Shown: positions 15,347-16,004 of the stretch, piece after piece | Numbering within the stretch: the first letter of the stretch is position 1 | How the letters are laid out: the number at the start of each line of letters is the position of its first letter | From: Candidatus Fervidifonticultor quintus | GTDB lineage: Bacteria; Sysuimicrobiota; Sysuimicrobiia; Sysuimicrobiales; Humicultoraceae | DNA length: 16,004 nt | Direction: 5' to 3' | NCBI GenBank assembly: GCA_031459535.1 | Contig: JAVKIJ010000074.1 | Span: 1-16,004 of the forward strand | The notes under the pieces: generated by a model | Told to the model about the DNA's origin: nothing | What the model saw: the letters and a program-made list of their open reading frames with translations, nothing else | Database searches by the model: none | Position numbers and translations under genes: made by a program

Positions 15347-15771
15347 TCAGTCGGTGTGGGACGCAAGATGTTCCCGCAGCCGCCGGACCACCACCTCGAG
15401 CATTCTCACGGCCAGGTCGGGGTGCTCCTTGAGAAGCGCTCGGAAGTCCCACCGCACGAGCTGCAGGCACGTCGTCTGGGTCTTGGCGGTGACCGTGGCG
15501 CTGCGCGGCCTCTCTTCCATCAGCGCCATCTCCCCGAAGAACTCTCCCGGCCCCAACTCGCGGATCACGTGGCCGTCGTGAGAGACCTGGACACGGCCAT
15601 CGCGGATGAGGAAGAAGCCCAGCCCAGGGTCGCCCTGGCGTACGATCACCGCGCCGGGCTCGTAGACTCGCTCCCGCATCGAGCGGGCAATAACTGCAGT
15701 TCTCCTGCCGGCAAATCTTTGAAGATCGGCACGTTCATCAGGTGTTCGAGTGGAGAGGACGGTTCGGGCAT
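15347..15771 (-). pseudogene. Stand-alone cyclic-nucleotide-binding (cNMP) domain protein with a 1-bp frameshift near 15688 (pseudogene or sequencing error)
   Basis: The 3' part (15347-15679) encodes 'VIVRQGDPG…FFLIRDGRVQV…LGPGEFFGEMALMEERPRSATV'. The N-terminal helix 'MPEPSSPLEHLMNVPIFKDLPAGELQLL' starts at ATG 15771 in another frame. The span is 425 nt, one short of a multiple of 3. Confidence 0.8.
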
Positions 15772-15915
15772 CGATGTTCCCCCCTGAGAGGATGTGTGGA
15801 TGTTCGCCAGGACCCGGCCGGCCCCTTCAGTGAGCCGGGCGTCGAGCCTGATGCGGCGTTCCTGGGCCTCTCTACCCCCTAGCAGGATGCTGAAAAACGC
15901 TCCATATCTTGTGGC

Positions 15916-15944
15916 TTCACAAAGTGCACGCCTCTGCGTATAGT
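15916..15944 (+). promoter_or_regulatory. Sigma70-type promoter for the gene starting at 15993
   Basis: -35 TTCACA (15916-15921), 17-bp spacer, -10 TATAGT (15939-15944). Confidence 0.6.
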
Positions 15945-15992
15945 CTGGTCAAAGCGCAGCCGCTAACGATCTCTTCGAAGGAGCAGACGACG

Positions 15993-16004
15993 ATGCGTGG
16001 AGAT
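15993..16004 (+). CDS. 5' end of a CDS (MRGD…), probably IS5-family transposase
   Basis: ATG at 15993 is preceded by RBS GAAGGAG (15977-15983) and runs off the window. Confidence 0.45.

Larger units (their letters stand above)
15879..16004 (+). mobile_element. Probable left end of an IS5-family insertion sequence (truncated by the window edge)
   Basis: CTAG (15879-15882) runs into AGCAGGATGCTGAAAAAC, which resembles terminal inverted repeats I recall for IS5-type elements. A promoter and RBS GAAGGAG follow, then ATG CGT GGA GAT (MRGD), a typical start for that transposase group. Only 4 codons are visible. Confidence 0.55.

Noticed and set aside
1-16004. CRISPR arrays, tRNA/rRNA genes and known riboswitches
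   Set aside because: I saw no regularly spaced repeats, cloverleaf/T-loop signatures or recognisable riboswitch consensus by eye. The intergenic spaces are short.

Overview
High-GC bacterial chromosomal window. The left 9 kb is one tightly packed minus-strand operon of eight genes. In transcription order these are a creatininase-family metallo-hydrolase, a class II aldolase, a Tm-1-like/UPF0261 ATP-binding protein, a Zn-dependent dehydrogenase, a xylose-isomerase-like TIM barrel, a LacI repressor, a TAXI-type TRAP binding protein and a fused TRAP permease. A LacI-type operator palindrome lies upstream. I cannot match this gene set to a characterised pathway. It resembles an uncharacterised sugar, cyclitol or sugar-acid catabolic system that has no recognisable kinase, and it is the best candidate for a novel system here. 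Divergent from it are a NagD-like HAD phosphatase, a His-repeat NnrS/heme-copper-oxidase-like membrane protein, fabH and a 3-Cys Rrf2 regulator. These are followed by a DHA1-type MFS exporter, a secreted DUF3108-like protein, a cold-shock protein and a cNMP-binding-domain gene carrying a 1-bp frameshift. The right edge holds what looks like the left end of an IS5-family element, with a strong sigma70 promoter and an NrdR-box-like motif. All family calls come from motif recognition by eye; no searches were run.
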